Positions 1 to 9,940 of a DNA stretch of 64,000 bases are shown piece by piece. A program made the position numbers and the translations under genes. The notes beneath the pieces were generated by a model. The model saw only the letters and a program-made list of their open reading frames with translations. It did no database searches and was not told where the DNA came from. How positions within the stretch are numbered: the first letter of the stretch is position 1; every line of letters starts with the position of its first letter. The DNA is from an uncultured bacterium (GTDB taxonomy: Bacteria > Patescibacteriota > CPR2 > UBA1875 > CAIMLA01): the NCBI GenBank assembly GCA_903842085.1, contig CAIMLA010000050.1, forward strand, positions 5,133 through 69,132. The letters run 5' to 3'.

Positions 1-597
1 TTCAGAAGTTCTAAAGTCATCTTGATATTTATTTAACGATTTCATGTATATCCAACTTATAATAATAAAAAGTGGGATACCGATTAATATTAGGAAGCCA
101 AACAAATAATTTATTTTGAATAAAAAGTACATTGCCACAATAATATAAATTATTTGAGGTACAATATCGTAAAAAAGACCATCGGCAATATCAATCAACT
201 CTTGGATCCCTCTCTCCATTCTTTCTTTGACTTTTCCAGTAGGATTCTTTTCAAAAAAGCTTAAGGACAAAGTTTCAGTATGGTTAAAAACCATATAGGC
301 GAGTTTATTTCTTGTTTTGTTTGACCACACGCTCGCAATATAATCCATTACCGAGTTAAAGATGGACTGTACAAAAATGACCACAATAAACAAAATAAGA
401 TAAAACCAATACTGGTTAGAAACACTTTGAAAGGACAATCCAGTCTTAAGTTGTTTTTCAATCAGATCAAAAAAAAGCTTTATTATCTGTGGTTGTATCA
501 GCTCTATTAAGGCAGAGATGATGCAAAAGATAAATAAAAAAATAGTTAGGCCTCGATAGACGCTCGCAAATTTGATGACACGCCAAAAATTTTTCAC
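1..597 (-). CDS. ABC transporter permease/ATP-binding protein, N-terminal transmembrane domain (partial, continues off the window 5' end); probable GTG start at 595-597
   Basis: Open minus-strand frame from 597 to the window edge, not in the ORF track because it has no stop in the window. My translation (KVKNFWRVIKFASVYRGLTIFLFIFCIISALIELIQPQIIKLFFDLIEKQ...) is typical of the ABC exporter TMD (ABC_membrane-like), with multiple TM helices. Confidence 0.55.
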   Translation of the reverse strand, partial: MKNFWRVIKFASVYRGLTIFLFIFCIISALIELIQPQIIKLFFDLIEKQLKTGLSFQSVSNQYWFYLILFIVVIFVQSIFNSVMDYIASVWSNKTRNKLAYMVFNHTETLSLSFFEKNPTGKVKERMERGIQELIDIADGLFYDIVPQIIYIIVAMYFLFKINYLFGFLILIGIPLFIIISWIYMKSLNKYQDDFRTSE

Positions 598-664
598 TTT
601 CGCTCCAGGTAAATATAAAACACAAGATATATTATAGGATTAAATCTAAGATAGGTGAACTATT

Positions 665-1261
665 TTAGTATTCACGTCTTCCCTCGAGGGATCTAGTTAA
701 GGTGACTTCGTCGGCATATTCGAGGTCTCCACCGACAGGTAGACCTCGCGCGATCCTGGTTATCTTTACTAGTTGAGGTTGGATTAGTTTTTGGATATAG
801 AGAGCCGTGGTCTCACCCTCAAGGTCAGGGTTCATGGCCAAGATCACCTCTTTTGGTTTGGCGTTTTTTATCCGTAGCAACAATTCTTTAATAAATAAAT
901 CATCCGGTCCGATCCCTTCAACTGGTGAAATAATGCCACCGAGCACATGGTAAGAGCCTTTGTAGCCTGTTTTCTCAAAGGCAACAACGTCTAGCGGCTC
1001 ACTGACAACACAGATTATTTCAGGATCACGACTCTTATCTTGGCAGACTCGACAAATCTCTTCATCAGTTAGATTACAACAAAGAGCGCAATATTTGATC
1101 GCTTTCTTTAAATTCAAGACTGCCTCTCCGAGCCCTCTGATGTTTTCATCCGATCCTCTCAAAAGATAAAAAGTAAGCCTCTGGGCTGTTTTTGGTCCGA
1201 CACCAGGTAATTTAGCCAGTTCGTCTATAAGGTCTTGAACACTTTTTGGTATGACGTTCAT
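665..1261 (-). CDS. recR: Recombination protein RecR
   Basis: 198 aa with helix-hairpin-helix (GVGPKTAQRL), a C4 zinc finger (CALCCN...CRVC) and a Toprim domain. Conserved ybaB-recR pairing. Confidence 0.9.
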   Translation of the reverse strand: MNVIPKSVQDLIDELAKLPGVGPKTAQRLTFYLLRGSDENIRGLGEAVLNLKKAIKYCALCCNLTDEEICRVCQDKSRDPEIICVVSEPLDVVAFEKTGYKGSYHVLGGIISPVEGIGPDDLFIKELLLRIKNAKPKEVILAMNPDLEGETTALYIQKLIQPQLVKITRIARGLPVGGDLEYADEVTLTRSLEGRREY

Positions 1262-1270
1262 TAATCGGTC

Positions 1271-1570
1271 CTACATTCCAGGGAATCCGCCTAATCCACC
1301 CATTTCTTTCATCAGGTTGGCCGCCACATCCTGAGACCGCTTAATAGCGCTTTCAATTGCGGTTTTAATATCTTTTTCCAAAACATCCAGCTTTTCAACA
1401 TTAACATCGTCTTCATTGATGCTAACTTTTTGTATTTTCTGCTCTCCATTGATCACAATTGTAACTGCTCCTGATTCGACTGTAATCACTTCATTTTTAA
1501 GCTTCTTTTGAATTTCTCTCGCTTTTTTTACAAAATCTAGTTGTTCTTTTGCTTTTCCAAACATAATCAA
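1271..1570 (-). CDS. ybaB: Nucleoid-associated protein YbaB/EbfC
   Basis: 99 aa, YbaB-family size and sequence style, immediately upstream of recR. Confidence 0.8.
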   Translation of the reverse strand: MIMFGKAKEQLDFVKKAREIQKKLKNEVITVESGAVTIVINGEQKIQKVSINEDDVNVEKLDVLEKDIKTAIESAIKRSQDVAANLMKEMGGLGGFPGM

Positions 1571-1621
1571 ATCCTTTCATTAACAAAATCTATATTATAA
1601 TACTGCCACCTTATATTCAAG

Positions 1622-3376
1622 CTAATTTAGCTTGTATATAAGAATTGAGCCACCAATATTTTCAATCGGTTTGATGTTATCTAGCCATGAATAATCCATG
1701 CCCCCATTTGCTTCTTTTTTGAGTTTTGAATTTTGATAGAAAGTGGCACTCACAGCAAAATAGCCCGTCGGTTTGCCATTTTGAACATGCCATTCGATGG
1801 CTTTATCGCCAAGATAATACTTGGCCGGAAAAGCCCCAGGAAAGACGTCAACCTTAATTTTGTTAATATTGTTTTTTTCGGTCCATTCATTAAGCCTTTT
1901 AATATCTTGGCCCCAGTCTGTATTTGAATCTGTCAAATATTTATAGCCATTCTTGTAACCGCCAATAAACTCGTTGTAGTAGGCCAGATAATGAGGGTAG
2001 ATCATAATCGCCTCAGTGATATACCAGATTGTGAGTAAAATAATTATCATCGGGAGAAGGGTTATTTTCTTTCTTAAGGCTTTAAAGTCAACGAGGCAAG
2101 CTAATCTTGAAATAAATAAGAAAATAAAGGCATAAAGTGGGAGCATATATCTAATGCCGAGGTTAATTTTACCCTGCATCCCCATAATCATTAAGACGAC
2201 AGGTATAATCCAGATGTATATTTCCGTAAACCAATCTTTCTTCGGCAGTTTTTTCCAAAATACGATAATCAATAAAAGGAAGATAAATATTGGAATCGCT
2301 GTTTTGAGGGCAAAGGTAACCGGGTAATAATACCACCAACCCTGGTTTGACACCTTTCCGAGTAAAAACGCGTCATGACCGCCCTCTACGTGGCTTGTAA
2401 CCATAAAAAATCCTAACAGCCACTGACCTAATGGCTTTGTGATGGCATGTTCTGATAAAGGCATAAGAATATTTTTAGCTTGTTTTGAGATCCCTGCATT
2501 ACCCGGCAAGGATTCAGTAATCAAGCCCTTTTGCACCGTTTCAGACATATTGATCGTGTGAGGAATGTAAAAAATCCACATTGCGGCTATCCCGATCAGA
2601 CCAATCGCGACAAAGGAGACAAAACCAGATAAAAACCTTTTACTCAATTTTTTATCGTTGATTCTGGAGAAAAATGTATTTTCATCCTTTCTCCCTTTTT
2701 TGATTAACATTAGAATAAAAACAATTACAAAGGCTGGCCCTAGGATGGCTGCTGAAAACTTGGTAATTAAAGTTAAACCGAAGCCAAGACCGGCTATGAG
2801 GAGATTAATTTTTGTCGGCTTTTGTAAATATCGATAGAGCGAATACATGGCTAAAAATAGAGCCAAAGAAATCCCTAAATCAGTCGTCACGAACCTGGAA
2901 TGAGCGATTATGTTAGCATTAAAGACGAAAAGAACTAAAGCGAAGAGACCGGCCTTGGTCCCAAAAAGCTCTCTTGCCCATCGGTAAATAAAATATCCAA
3001 AGATTAACGCTAACAGCATTATTGGGATCCTCGCTAACAAGATCAAAGTATTTGGATCATTACCAAATCTATAAATGAAATCCCAGCCAATTTCCCATTG
3101 ATTGTTAATGACCGGTGTATTTGATCTCCAATAGTCATAGGGGAATTTTGCCCCCCACAAAACCAAGGGTAGAGCCGAAAGATCCTTAATCAGAGGTGGA
3201 TGTTCTGGGTTCAGCCGATAATCACCGGTCGTGACATAAGAGAAACCTGAAGGGATGTGGGCGATCTCATCAACAATCGGGGAATCGCCTTTAGCGGAAA
3301 AAAACATTAAACCAAGCATAATCAGAAGTAATGAGCCCACGATTAATTTACGTAAATTTTTATTAGTTATTTTCAT
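1622..3376 (-). CDS. GT-C fold glycosyltransferase, family 39/83 (PMT/ArnT-like polyprenol-phosphate-sugar dependent transferase)
   Basis: 584 aa polytopic membrane protein. DE motif in the first periplasmic loop (PIVDEIAHIP). Soluble C-terminal domain. Confidence 0.7.
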   Translation of the reverse strand: MKITNKNLRKLIVGSLLLIMLGLMFFSAKGDSPIVDEIAHIPSGFSYVTTGDYRLNPEHPPLIKDLSALPLVLWGAKFPYDYWRSNTPVINNQWEIGWDFIYRFGNDPNTLILLARIPIMLLALIFGYFIYRWARELFGTKAGLFALVLFVFNANIIAHSRFVTTDLGISLALFLAMYSLYRYLQKPTKINLLIAGLGFGLTLITKFSAAILGPAFVIVFILMLIKKGRKDENTFFSRINDKKLSKRFLSGFVSFVAIGLIGIAAMWIFYIPHTINMSETVQKGLITESLPGNAGISKQAKNILMPLSEHAITKPLGQWLLGFFMVTSHVEGGHDAFLLGKVSNQGWWYYYPVTFALKTAIPIFIFLLLIIVFWKKLPKKDWFTEIYIWIIPVVLMIMGMQGKINLGIRYMLPLYAFIFLFISRLACLVDFKALRKKITLLPMIIILLTIWYITEAIMIYPHYLAYYNEFIGGYKNGYKYLTDSNTDWGQDIKRLNEWTEKNNINKIKVDVFPGAFPAKYYLGDKAIEWHVQNGKPTGYFAVSATFYQNSKLKKEANGGMDYSWLDNIKPIENIGGSILIYKLN

Positions 3377-3402
3377 TTTCTCTCAATCGATAGAATCAAA
3401 CC

Positions 3403-4284
3403 TTATTTAATGATTACTTCTTCGAAAAGGGCATCGATCTTCCTGCGAGCATTCTTCTTATTATATTTACCGCTTATTATGTTCCATTGTACTTTAAATA
3501 TATCTTTAAATGAATTGATTGAGTCTTTAACCGGGTCAACGGTTGCTCCTTCTGCTACATCGTTCCACTCGACTGGTATTTCGATAGTTTTAAATTTGTA
3601 TTTTTGAGCGATGGCAAGATATTCGGTATCAAAGCCAAAGCCATAGACAACTTGAAGGCTCGCAATAAACTGTGCCACCGATGTTTTGTAAAGTTTAAAC
3701 CCACACCGTTGATCAACATAGCTTTGATTTAAAAGGACTGAAAAAGCCAGATTGCCACCCCGGCTGATAAATTGACGTAAACGACCTTGCTTGCCTTTAG
3801 CGGTATAATCTTTTGAGTGTCCAAAAATTAAAACTTCAAATAAGCTTTTAAGGCCATGAAATAAGGCCATGAAATAGTTTGGATGATATGGCCTTGGACT
3901 TTTTATATAGCGAGAGCCCATAATAATTTGATATTCATCTAGATATGGTAGTAGTTTAGTGATCTCTGAAATCTTTGTTGAGCTATCCGCATCCATAAAA
4001 ATAAGATATTTCCCCCGAGAAGCTAGGATACCATCTTGAATTGCCTGTCCCTTCCCTTTTCTGCTATCTTTCGGCTCGGTGTATTCAATATGCTCAAATT
4101 GCTTGGCGTATTTTCTCGCGATTTCAAGTGAGTGATCAGTACTATGCGAGTCCGCTAAGATAACCTGCGTTTTAAATTTTTGATGGCTAGTATATTCTAA
4201 AATTTGTTTTATCGTTTTGTCAAAGCGCTTCTCTTCATTAAGAAAAGGAATGATTATCGATAAGTAAATATTTTCTTCTGTCAT
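3403..4284 (-). CDS. GT2 polyprenol-phosphate glycosyltransferase (Dpm1/GtrB/ArnC-like)
   Basis: 293 aa. N-terminal GT-A fold (IIIPFLNEE ... ADSHSTDHS ... FMDADS DxD motif) with a C-terminal amphipathic/TM region. Confidence 0.75.
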   Translation of the reverse strand: MTEENIYLSIIIPFLNEEKRFDKTIKQILEYTSHQKFKTQVILADSHSTDHSLEIARKYAKQFEHIEYTEPKDSRKGKGQAIQDGILASRGKYLIFMDADSSTKISEITKLLPYLDEYQIIMGSRYIKSPRPYHPNYFMALFHGLKSLFEVLIFGHSKDYTAKGKQGRLRQFISRGGNLAFSVLLNQSYVDQRCGFKLYKTSVAQFIASLQVVYGFGFDTEYLAIAQKYKFKTIEIPVEWNDVAEGATVDPVKDSINSFKDIFKVQWNIISGKYNKKNARRKIDALFEEVIIK

Positions 4285-4296
4285 TAAGCTCCTTGT

Positions 4297-5511
4297 CTAT
4301 TTTTTATAAATGAATTTTTGATCAAATTGTTGCTGGATATAATCATTTTTACCCCAAGCATAAAAAAACTTTTCATAGTTGTAGTACACAGACAGAAAGA
4401 TAAAGAAAGATAAGATAATAGTCAAAACAAGCTTGGCGTTTTTATTTAAGGGAAAGGTCTTAAACCAAACAGTTAAGAGATAATCCAAGATCACTGAAGA
4501 GAGAATTAAGACAATCGGCACGATAAATATCAGACTGAAGGCATTCTGATTATTTAACAAAGCCAACGCTGTCATGGATAATAATAGAAAAGCAGTCAAG
4601 AAAAAGTACTTTCGTCTTTCTAGATGAGCCACAGCGTAAGCCAAACCACACAAAAACGTTATCGCGATAAACGGTCCAAGAATTGGCTCAAGGCCGATGG
4701 TTCCATAGCCAGCATAATCAGATTGATAAATTAACGAGCGCCAAATATCGCCAAAATTTATTAGATAATTACCGAATGATCCCGGGTTGAAGTAACTTAC
4801 AAGAGAATTGATGTTTTGCGGTAAATGATATAAGTAAGGAAGACTTATAATGATTGCAGAGAGAGCCATCAATAGATACTGTTTCCAGTAAGAATTTAAA
4901 ATCAGATGATTCTTCTGATAGAAGGAGACAAAAGATATGGCGATCACAATCGGGATTAAAACAAAGATTTGGTTAACATACAAAGACAAACCGACTAATG
5001 ACCCAAGCAATATAAACCAAGCGCTCTTTTTGCTCCGAAGAGCAAGTGTCGTCACTAGAAGTAAGGAGATAAGGGTGGTTGGGATTAATAAACTGGAGTT
5101 GATTGTTCGAGTCATAATTAAATCCAAGACATCAATTGAAATAAATAAAACACCCAGTAAGGCTATTTTTTTATTAAACCAATTCTTAATAAAAACATAA
5201 AATAAAATTATGGTTGAAACACTGATTAATATTTGAAAAATCTTAATTACAATAATGTTAAAGCTGGAAAGATAGCCTAGTCCAGCCACGAGGTAGAGAT
5301 AGATTAAATCAAAAAATTGATTAGACTTAGGAATCCAACCATTGCTAATGAGGGTTTTTGCTTCTTTAAGGATCTCAATCTCATTGAAAGACAGATTCTT
5401 TGGCATTGAAGCCAAATTATAGAAACGCAAAATTATTGCAAATAAAATGATTAACGAAAAAAATATTTGATTTTGGTATCTGTCTAATGATGTTCTTATT
5501 TTTTTTATCAT
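4297..5511 (-). CDS. Second GT-C/ArnT-like membrane glycosyltransferase
   Basis: Polytopic membrane protein with an RFYNL...NEIE motif resembling the ArnT/PMT N-terminal loop. The start is moved to the internal Met (MIKKIRTSL) so it no longer overlaps gtrA. The track ORF extends to 5580. Confidence 0.5.
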   Translation of the reverse strand: MIKKIRTSLDRYQNQIFFSLIILFAIILRFYNLASMPKNLSFNEIEILKEAKTLISNGWIPKSNQFFDLIYLYLVAGLGYLSSFNIIVIKIFQILISVSTIILFYVFIKNWFNKKIALLGVLFISIDVLDLIMTRTINSSLLIPTTLISLLLVTTLALRSKKSAWFILLGSLVGLSLYVNQIFVLIPIVIAISFVSFYQKNHLILNSYWKQYLLMALSAIIISLPYLYHLPQNINSLVSYFNPGSFGNYLINFGDIWRSLIYQSDYAGYGTIGLEPILGPFIAITFLCGLAYAVAHLERRKYFFLTAFLLLSMTALALLNNQNAFSLIFIVPIVLILSSVILDYLLTVWFKTFPLNKNAKLVLTIILSFFIFLSVYYNYEKFFYAWGKNDYIQQQFDQKFIYKK

Positions 5512-5515
5512 AGTT

Positions 5516-5971
5516 TTATGAGCTAAATACCCAAAATTTATATAACATGAAGTTCCAAAGTAAAGAAAAAAAGATGGCACAAAATTTAGCGAAGTTATCT
5601 GTGATAAAGGAATCAGATAGAAACTTTAGTGATTTAAAAAGACGACATAATTTTAACACGAAATTACCAGGCCACAAAAATTTATTGGTTAATATCCAAA
5701 CAATTCCATTGTGAATTACATAAATACCGATGACCGTTGATAGAAAAAATTTTACAAATTCAAAGCCACTCCCATTGCTGGAGCCACCGAATGTCCAATA
5801 TCGATTAAGAAGGTAGCTATTAATCATCGCAATCGAGCTTGAAATGTAGCTCGCTACGGTAGCGCTAATCCTTTTGAATCTTCTGAATATATTAAATAAA
5901 AATAGGTCAAGGAGCGTGTTTATGACCCCGACAATAACAAATCTTGATACCTGAAAACCAAGCGCGTTCAT
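5516..5971 (-). CDS. GtrA-family polyprenol-linked sugar translocase
   Basis: 151 aa, 4 TM, GtrA-like (VIVGVINTLLDLFLFNIF ... RYWTF). Confidence 0.7.
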   Translation of the reverse strand: MNALGFQVSRFVIVGVINTLLDLFLFNIFRRFKRISATVASYISSSIAMINSYLLNRYWTFGGSSNGSGFEFVKFFLSTVIGIYVIHNGIVWILTNKFLWPGNFVLKLCRLFKSLKFLSDSFITDNFAKFCAIFFSLLWNFMLYKFWVFSS

Positions 5972-6029
5972 TAATCTCCTTAAAGTATAGTTACATTATA
6001 AGTGCTTTTTGACCTTCAAAACAAGGAAT

Positions 6030-7391
6030 TTAGAGGAGGGACTCTCGTTTTTTATCAACAGAACTAAATTTCATTTGCTCTGGTTTGAAGTGAAGTTCGA
6101 TTTGTCCCGTTGGGCCATTGCGATGTTTTTTTATCAAAATATCAGCGACATTCTTTCGTTCGGTTTCTTGCTCATAGTAGTCCTCACGATAGATAAAGAC
6201 AACGACGTCAGCGTCTTGTTCAATTGAGCCAGACTCTCGAAGATCGGCTAGTTGAGGAATCCTTGATGGCCTATTTTCGACAGCTCTCGATAGTTGAGAT
6301 AGAGCTAAGACCGGGAGATTTAACTCCCGCGATAAACCCTTTAACGATCGTGATATATCAGAGACTTCTTCAACCCGATTGGAAGAATTATTCCCTTGGA
6401 TAAGTTGGATATAATCTACCACAACCAAACCAAGTCCATGTTCAGCTTGCAGTCGACGGGCCTTTGTTCTCATCTCAAGAACGCTGACCCCGCTCGAGTC
6501 GTCAATCCAAAGTGGCGCTTCAGCAAGAGTGGCCATGGCCTGCCCAATTCTGGGAAAATCATCATCATCTAGGTTGCCCGTTCTGAGCTTCCATGAGTCA
6601 ATTCTGGCCTCGTTACAAATTAATCGATCGACTAGTTGTTCTTTGCTCATTTCAAGAGAAAAGATTAAAACCGGAAGTCCCTCAACCGCAGCCACACTCT
6701 GCGCTATGTTTAAAGCCAGGCTTGTCTTCCCCATAGAAGGCCTCGCCGCTAAAATGATCAGGTCAGAGGGCTGCAGTCCAGCCAATAAGTTATCCAGGTC
6801 CTTAAAGCCGGTTGGAACGCCCCGAATCGAGCCCTTATCTTTATGAAGTTCGTCAATCCGATCAAAACTTTCAGTTAGAACGTCCTTAAGAGCAACAAAG
6901 TCCTCTTTAAGGTGCTTTTGAGAAACCTTAAAAACCTTTTGTTCTGCCTTATCGAGGATGCTTGTAATCTCTTCGTTTTCCTCCATGGCTAAATTGTTTA
7001 TTTCATTTGCGGCTTTTATGAGCCGTCTTAAAGTGGCTTTATCTGAAACAATTTTTCCGTAATTAATAACATGAGCGGCCGTTGGGACCGAACTGGCCAA
7101 GGTGGCAATATAGCTACTGCCACCGATCATTTCAAGTTTCTTATTGTCTTCAAGCTTACTTGTCAGAGTGATAACATCGATCGGTTCTCTCTTTTCATAA
7201 AGTTGAATCATCGCTTTATAGACGACCGCGTGAGTTTCCTTATAGAAATCTATCTCTGAAACAATGTCAGCTACTTTGACGATCGCCTCTTTGTCTAGAA
7301 GGATTGCCCCCAGGAGTGATATCTCAGCATCAATGTTTTGAGGTGGAATATTAATTTTTTCATCTAACATATGTAACCTTTCCGCCCTCAC
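6030..7391 (-). CDS. dnaB: Replicative DNA helicase DnaB
   Basis: 453 aa with an N-terminal DnaB domain. Walker A (ARPSMGKTSLAL), Walker B, RecA-like fold. Confidence 0.9.
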   Translation of the reverse strand: MRAERLHMLDEKINIPPQNIDAEISLLGAILLDKEAIVKVADIVSEIDFYKETHAVVYKAMIQLYEKREPIDVITLTSKLEDNKKLEMIGGSSYIATLASSVPTAAHVINYGKIVSDKATLRRLIKAANEINNLAMEENEEITSILDKAEQKVFKVSQKHLKEDFVALKDVLTESFDRIDELHKDKGSIRGVPTGFKDLDNLLAGLQPSDLIILAARPSMGKTSLALNIAQSVAAVEGLPVLIFSLEMSKEQLVDRLICNEARIDSWKLRTGNLDDDDFPRIGQAMATLAEAPLWIDDSSGVSVLEMRTKARRLQAEHGLGLVVVDYIQLIQGNNSSNRVEEVSDISRSLKGLSRELNLPVLALSQLSRAVENRPSRIPQLADLRESGSIEQDADVVVFIYREDYYEQETERKNVADILIKKHRNGPTGQIELHFKPEQMKFSSVDKKRESLL

Positions 7392-7394
7392 CGA

Positions 7395-8900
7395 TTAATC
7401 AACAACTTCTCCACCAAATATCTCTAGAGCGTCGGCTAATAGATCATCATTTTCAACTTTTTTCTGACCGATATTATTTGCTCTAATAAAACACTCAATT
7501 CTTAGATTTTGACCATATATTCTCTTAATTGACGCTTCGATTAACTCTCTGTTTTTGCTATCTTCTATTCTCTCTTTATGAAATTTATATGGAAAGTATA
7601 GGCATAATTTATCGTTACCTAATTCTGGATCACAGACTTTCAAAAACGCATGGATTGAGTTGTTGCGAGACTTGATATCCATTAGGAGTTGTTGCCACAA
7701 AGCCGTGTTATTCGTCGGCTTCTTTTTGGAAGTTATTACTTCTTGGTCACTTGATGATGCCACCTTCTCAGTTTTATGGTCACTTTCTTCGGCTATTTTT
7801 GTTATTTTCTTGTCTTCCCTATTCAGGCAAATTTTTATTGTGGCCACTTCAATTCCCAGCTGAGGTAAAGAAGAGTATTTATATATTTGTTCATGCAAAA
7901 GAATGGTTTCGATCGTCTCGATAATCTTTTCTTGATCTGTCTCTTTTGCAATCTTCCTTAAGTTTTGAGATATTTCAACCTCTAATTCAGATCTCCCCTT
8001 CCCCGATATTTTAGCCAATAAAAGCTTATGAAGCGTATTCACTAAACTTTTATTAAACATTCTAAAGTCCTGACCTTCGTTATCAAGAGCCTTTATAATG
8101 ATAAGCGCTTCATTAACCTTAGAAGAGAAGATGGCAGATAAATAGTCTTCAATCTTAGTTTCATCTGATAAACCCAATATTAATTCAACATCGCCGGCTT
8201 CAAGTTGGTCTTTTCCATTTGAAGAAATTTGATCCAATAAAGAGATCGCGTCTCTAAAACCACCATCACTGTGTTTGGCTATAAGTTGAGTTGCTTCCTT
8301 AGTAATCTTGATCTTCTCTTTATCAGCGATAAAACTAATATGGTTGATGATCGTATCTTGATCGATCTTTTTAAAGTCGAACCGTTGGCAGCGGGAAACG
8401 ATTGTCGTCGGTATTTTGCTTATTTCAGTCGTTGCAAAAATAAAAATAGTATGCTTGGGCGGATCCTCAATAATTTTAAGAAGCGCATTAAAAGAAGACT
8501 TGGAGAGCATATGGGCTTCATCAATGATGTAAATCTTGTATTTTAGGTTAACCGGAGCAAAGTTTGCCCTCTCAATTATAACCTCCCTAATATTGTCTAC
8601 CTGGGTATGAGAAGCGGCATCTATCTCAATAATGTCTAACGATTTGTTGTCCATGACTGATAGACAATTCGGGCAGCTATTGTCAGGGTTACCTGTCATA
8701 TTGCTAAGACAATTGACCGATTTTGCGAAAACTCTTGCCGCCGAAGTTTTTCCCGTTCCCCTAGGACCGCAAAAAATATACGCATGGGAGATCGTATCAT
8801 TAGCCACAGAATTTTTCAGAATCTTTGTAATGTATTTTTGTCCGTAGATTTCATCAAATGTCTTGGGACGATATAAGCGATACAGAGCTTGTTGTGACAT
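7395..8900 (-). CDS. dnaX: DNA polymerase III subunit gamma/tau
   Basis: AAA+ clamp loader: CGPRGTGKTS Walker A, zinc module (CPNC), DEAH-like box (IDEAHML), SRC motif. Confidence 0.9.
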   Translation of the reverse strand: MSQQALYRLYRPKTFDEIYGQKYITKILKNSVANDTISHAYIFCGPRGTGKTSAARVFAKSVNCLSNMTGNPDNSCPNCLSVMDNKSLDIIEIDAASHTQVDNIREVIIERANFAPVNLKYKIYIIDEAHMLSKSSFNALLKIIEDPPKHTIFIFATTEISKIPTTIVSRCQRFDFKKIDQDTIINHISFIADKEKIKITKEATQLIAKHSDGGFRDAISLLDQISSNGKDQLEAGDVELILGLSDETKIEDYLSAIFSSKVNEALIIIKALDNEGQDFRMFNKSLVNTLHKLLLAKISGKGRSELEVEISQNLRKIAKETDQEKIIETIETILLHEQIYKYSSLPQLGIEVATIKICLNREDKKITKIAEESDHKTEKVASSSDQEVITSKKKPTNNTALWQQLLMDIKSRNNSIHAFLKVCDPELGNDKLCLYFPYKFHKERIEDSKNRELIEASIKRIYGQNLRIECFIRANNIGQKKVENDDLLADALEIFGGEVVD

Positions 8901-9021
8901 TCTTTCCCTTTTTTATCAAACTAACTATTCTATTTTAAGCTTTTTGCAGCCTCAATTTAAGTACAAAATCAGCAAATTTAGTGGATATCGTTGCCCATAG
9001 AGTGGATAAACTGTGTATTGA

Positions 9022-9882
9022 CTATATCTCAAGCTCTTTTACTTCATCATCATCATTATTAATTGGCGTTGATTTAGTTTCAATCTTCACCGCGCTATCC
9101 TCCGGTTGAGCTTTTTCTTGCTGAGTTGGAAAAACAATTGCTGGAGTCTCTTCACTTCTCACCTCCTCAGCTGGAAGAGGGGCACTCCCTTGTTCTAAAG
9201 GCTTTTCTGCCACATTTTGAGCTGGGTTTGGTTCAAGTTCGTTTGGAGCCTCTTGATTAGACTCATTTGCAACCGCCGTTTGTGGGCTAGCCGGGGAAAC
9301 GGGTGCGATCGGTCCCTGAGGACTAAGTGGATTTTCTGCAGTCGTTGCATTTGTCAGAGCTCCCTTTTTCACTATATTGTCTATCGCTGCCCATTCACTA
9401 TCATGTTCTTTAGGAATGATTATTGAAACTTGGTCGCCAGGTTCCCCTTTATAATAGGTGACGCTTGCTTGCAAGACCTTGTATGCCTTCCCTTCGCAAT
9501 TAACATAAAGAAAGCCCTCGCCATAAACTAACGTTCCTAATGACTTCCTTCTCTCGACTGGTCGAATTTGTTTAAAGATAAAACTGCCATCCTCGGCGAT
9601 CGTTAGTTTTAGAATATCACCTTCAACCAATTTCGACTTAGAGGCATAATTTGCCGGTACTGGGTATTCTTTACCGTCGGCGCCATGCATGTATTCTCCC
9701 ATGTAAGTGCCTTCTACTACTTTACCCTCATCGACAACTCCCAGTTCCTTTGCCTTTTTAACAGGATCAATCTGTTTAAGTTCTTTTTGCCCTAAGGCAG
9801 ATCTCAGCAAAATTCGAGCAGAGTGAACATCCGCCTCGGCTGCGTCTAAGAGTTTCTGTATTTTTTCTAATTCATAATCCAT
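9022..9882 (-). CDS. Hypothetical protein with a ~110-aa Pro/Ala/Gln/Glu-rich low-complexity C-terminal tail
   Basis: Long ORF with good coding periodicity, immediately upstream of dnaX on the same strand. No family recognised. Confidence 0.4.
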   Translation of the reverse strand: MDYELEKIQKLLDAAEADVHSARILLRSALGQKELKQIDPVKKAKELGVVDEGKVVEGTYMGEYMHGADGKEYPVPANYASKSKLVEGDILKLTIAEDGSFIFKQIRPVERRKSLGTLVYGEGFLYVNCEGKAYKVLQASVTYYKGEPGDQVSIIIPKEHDSEWAAIDNIVKKGALTNATTAENPLSPQGPIAPVSPASPQTAVANESNQEAPNELEPNPAQNVAEKPLEQGSAPLPAEEVRSEETPAIVFPTQQEKAQPEDSAVKIETKSTPINNDDDEVKELEI

Positions 9883-9940
9883 GGTCGTCTCCTTTTGTTT
9901 TTGTTCATTTATATTCTATCACAAAGTAAAAAATTATAAA

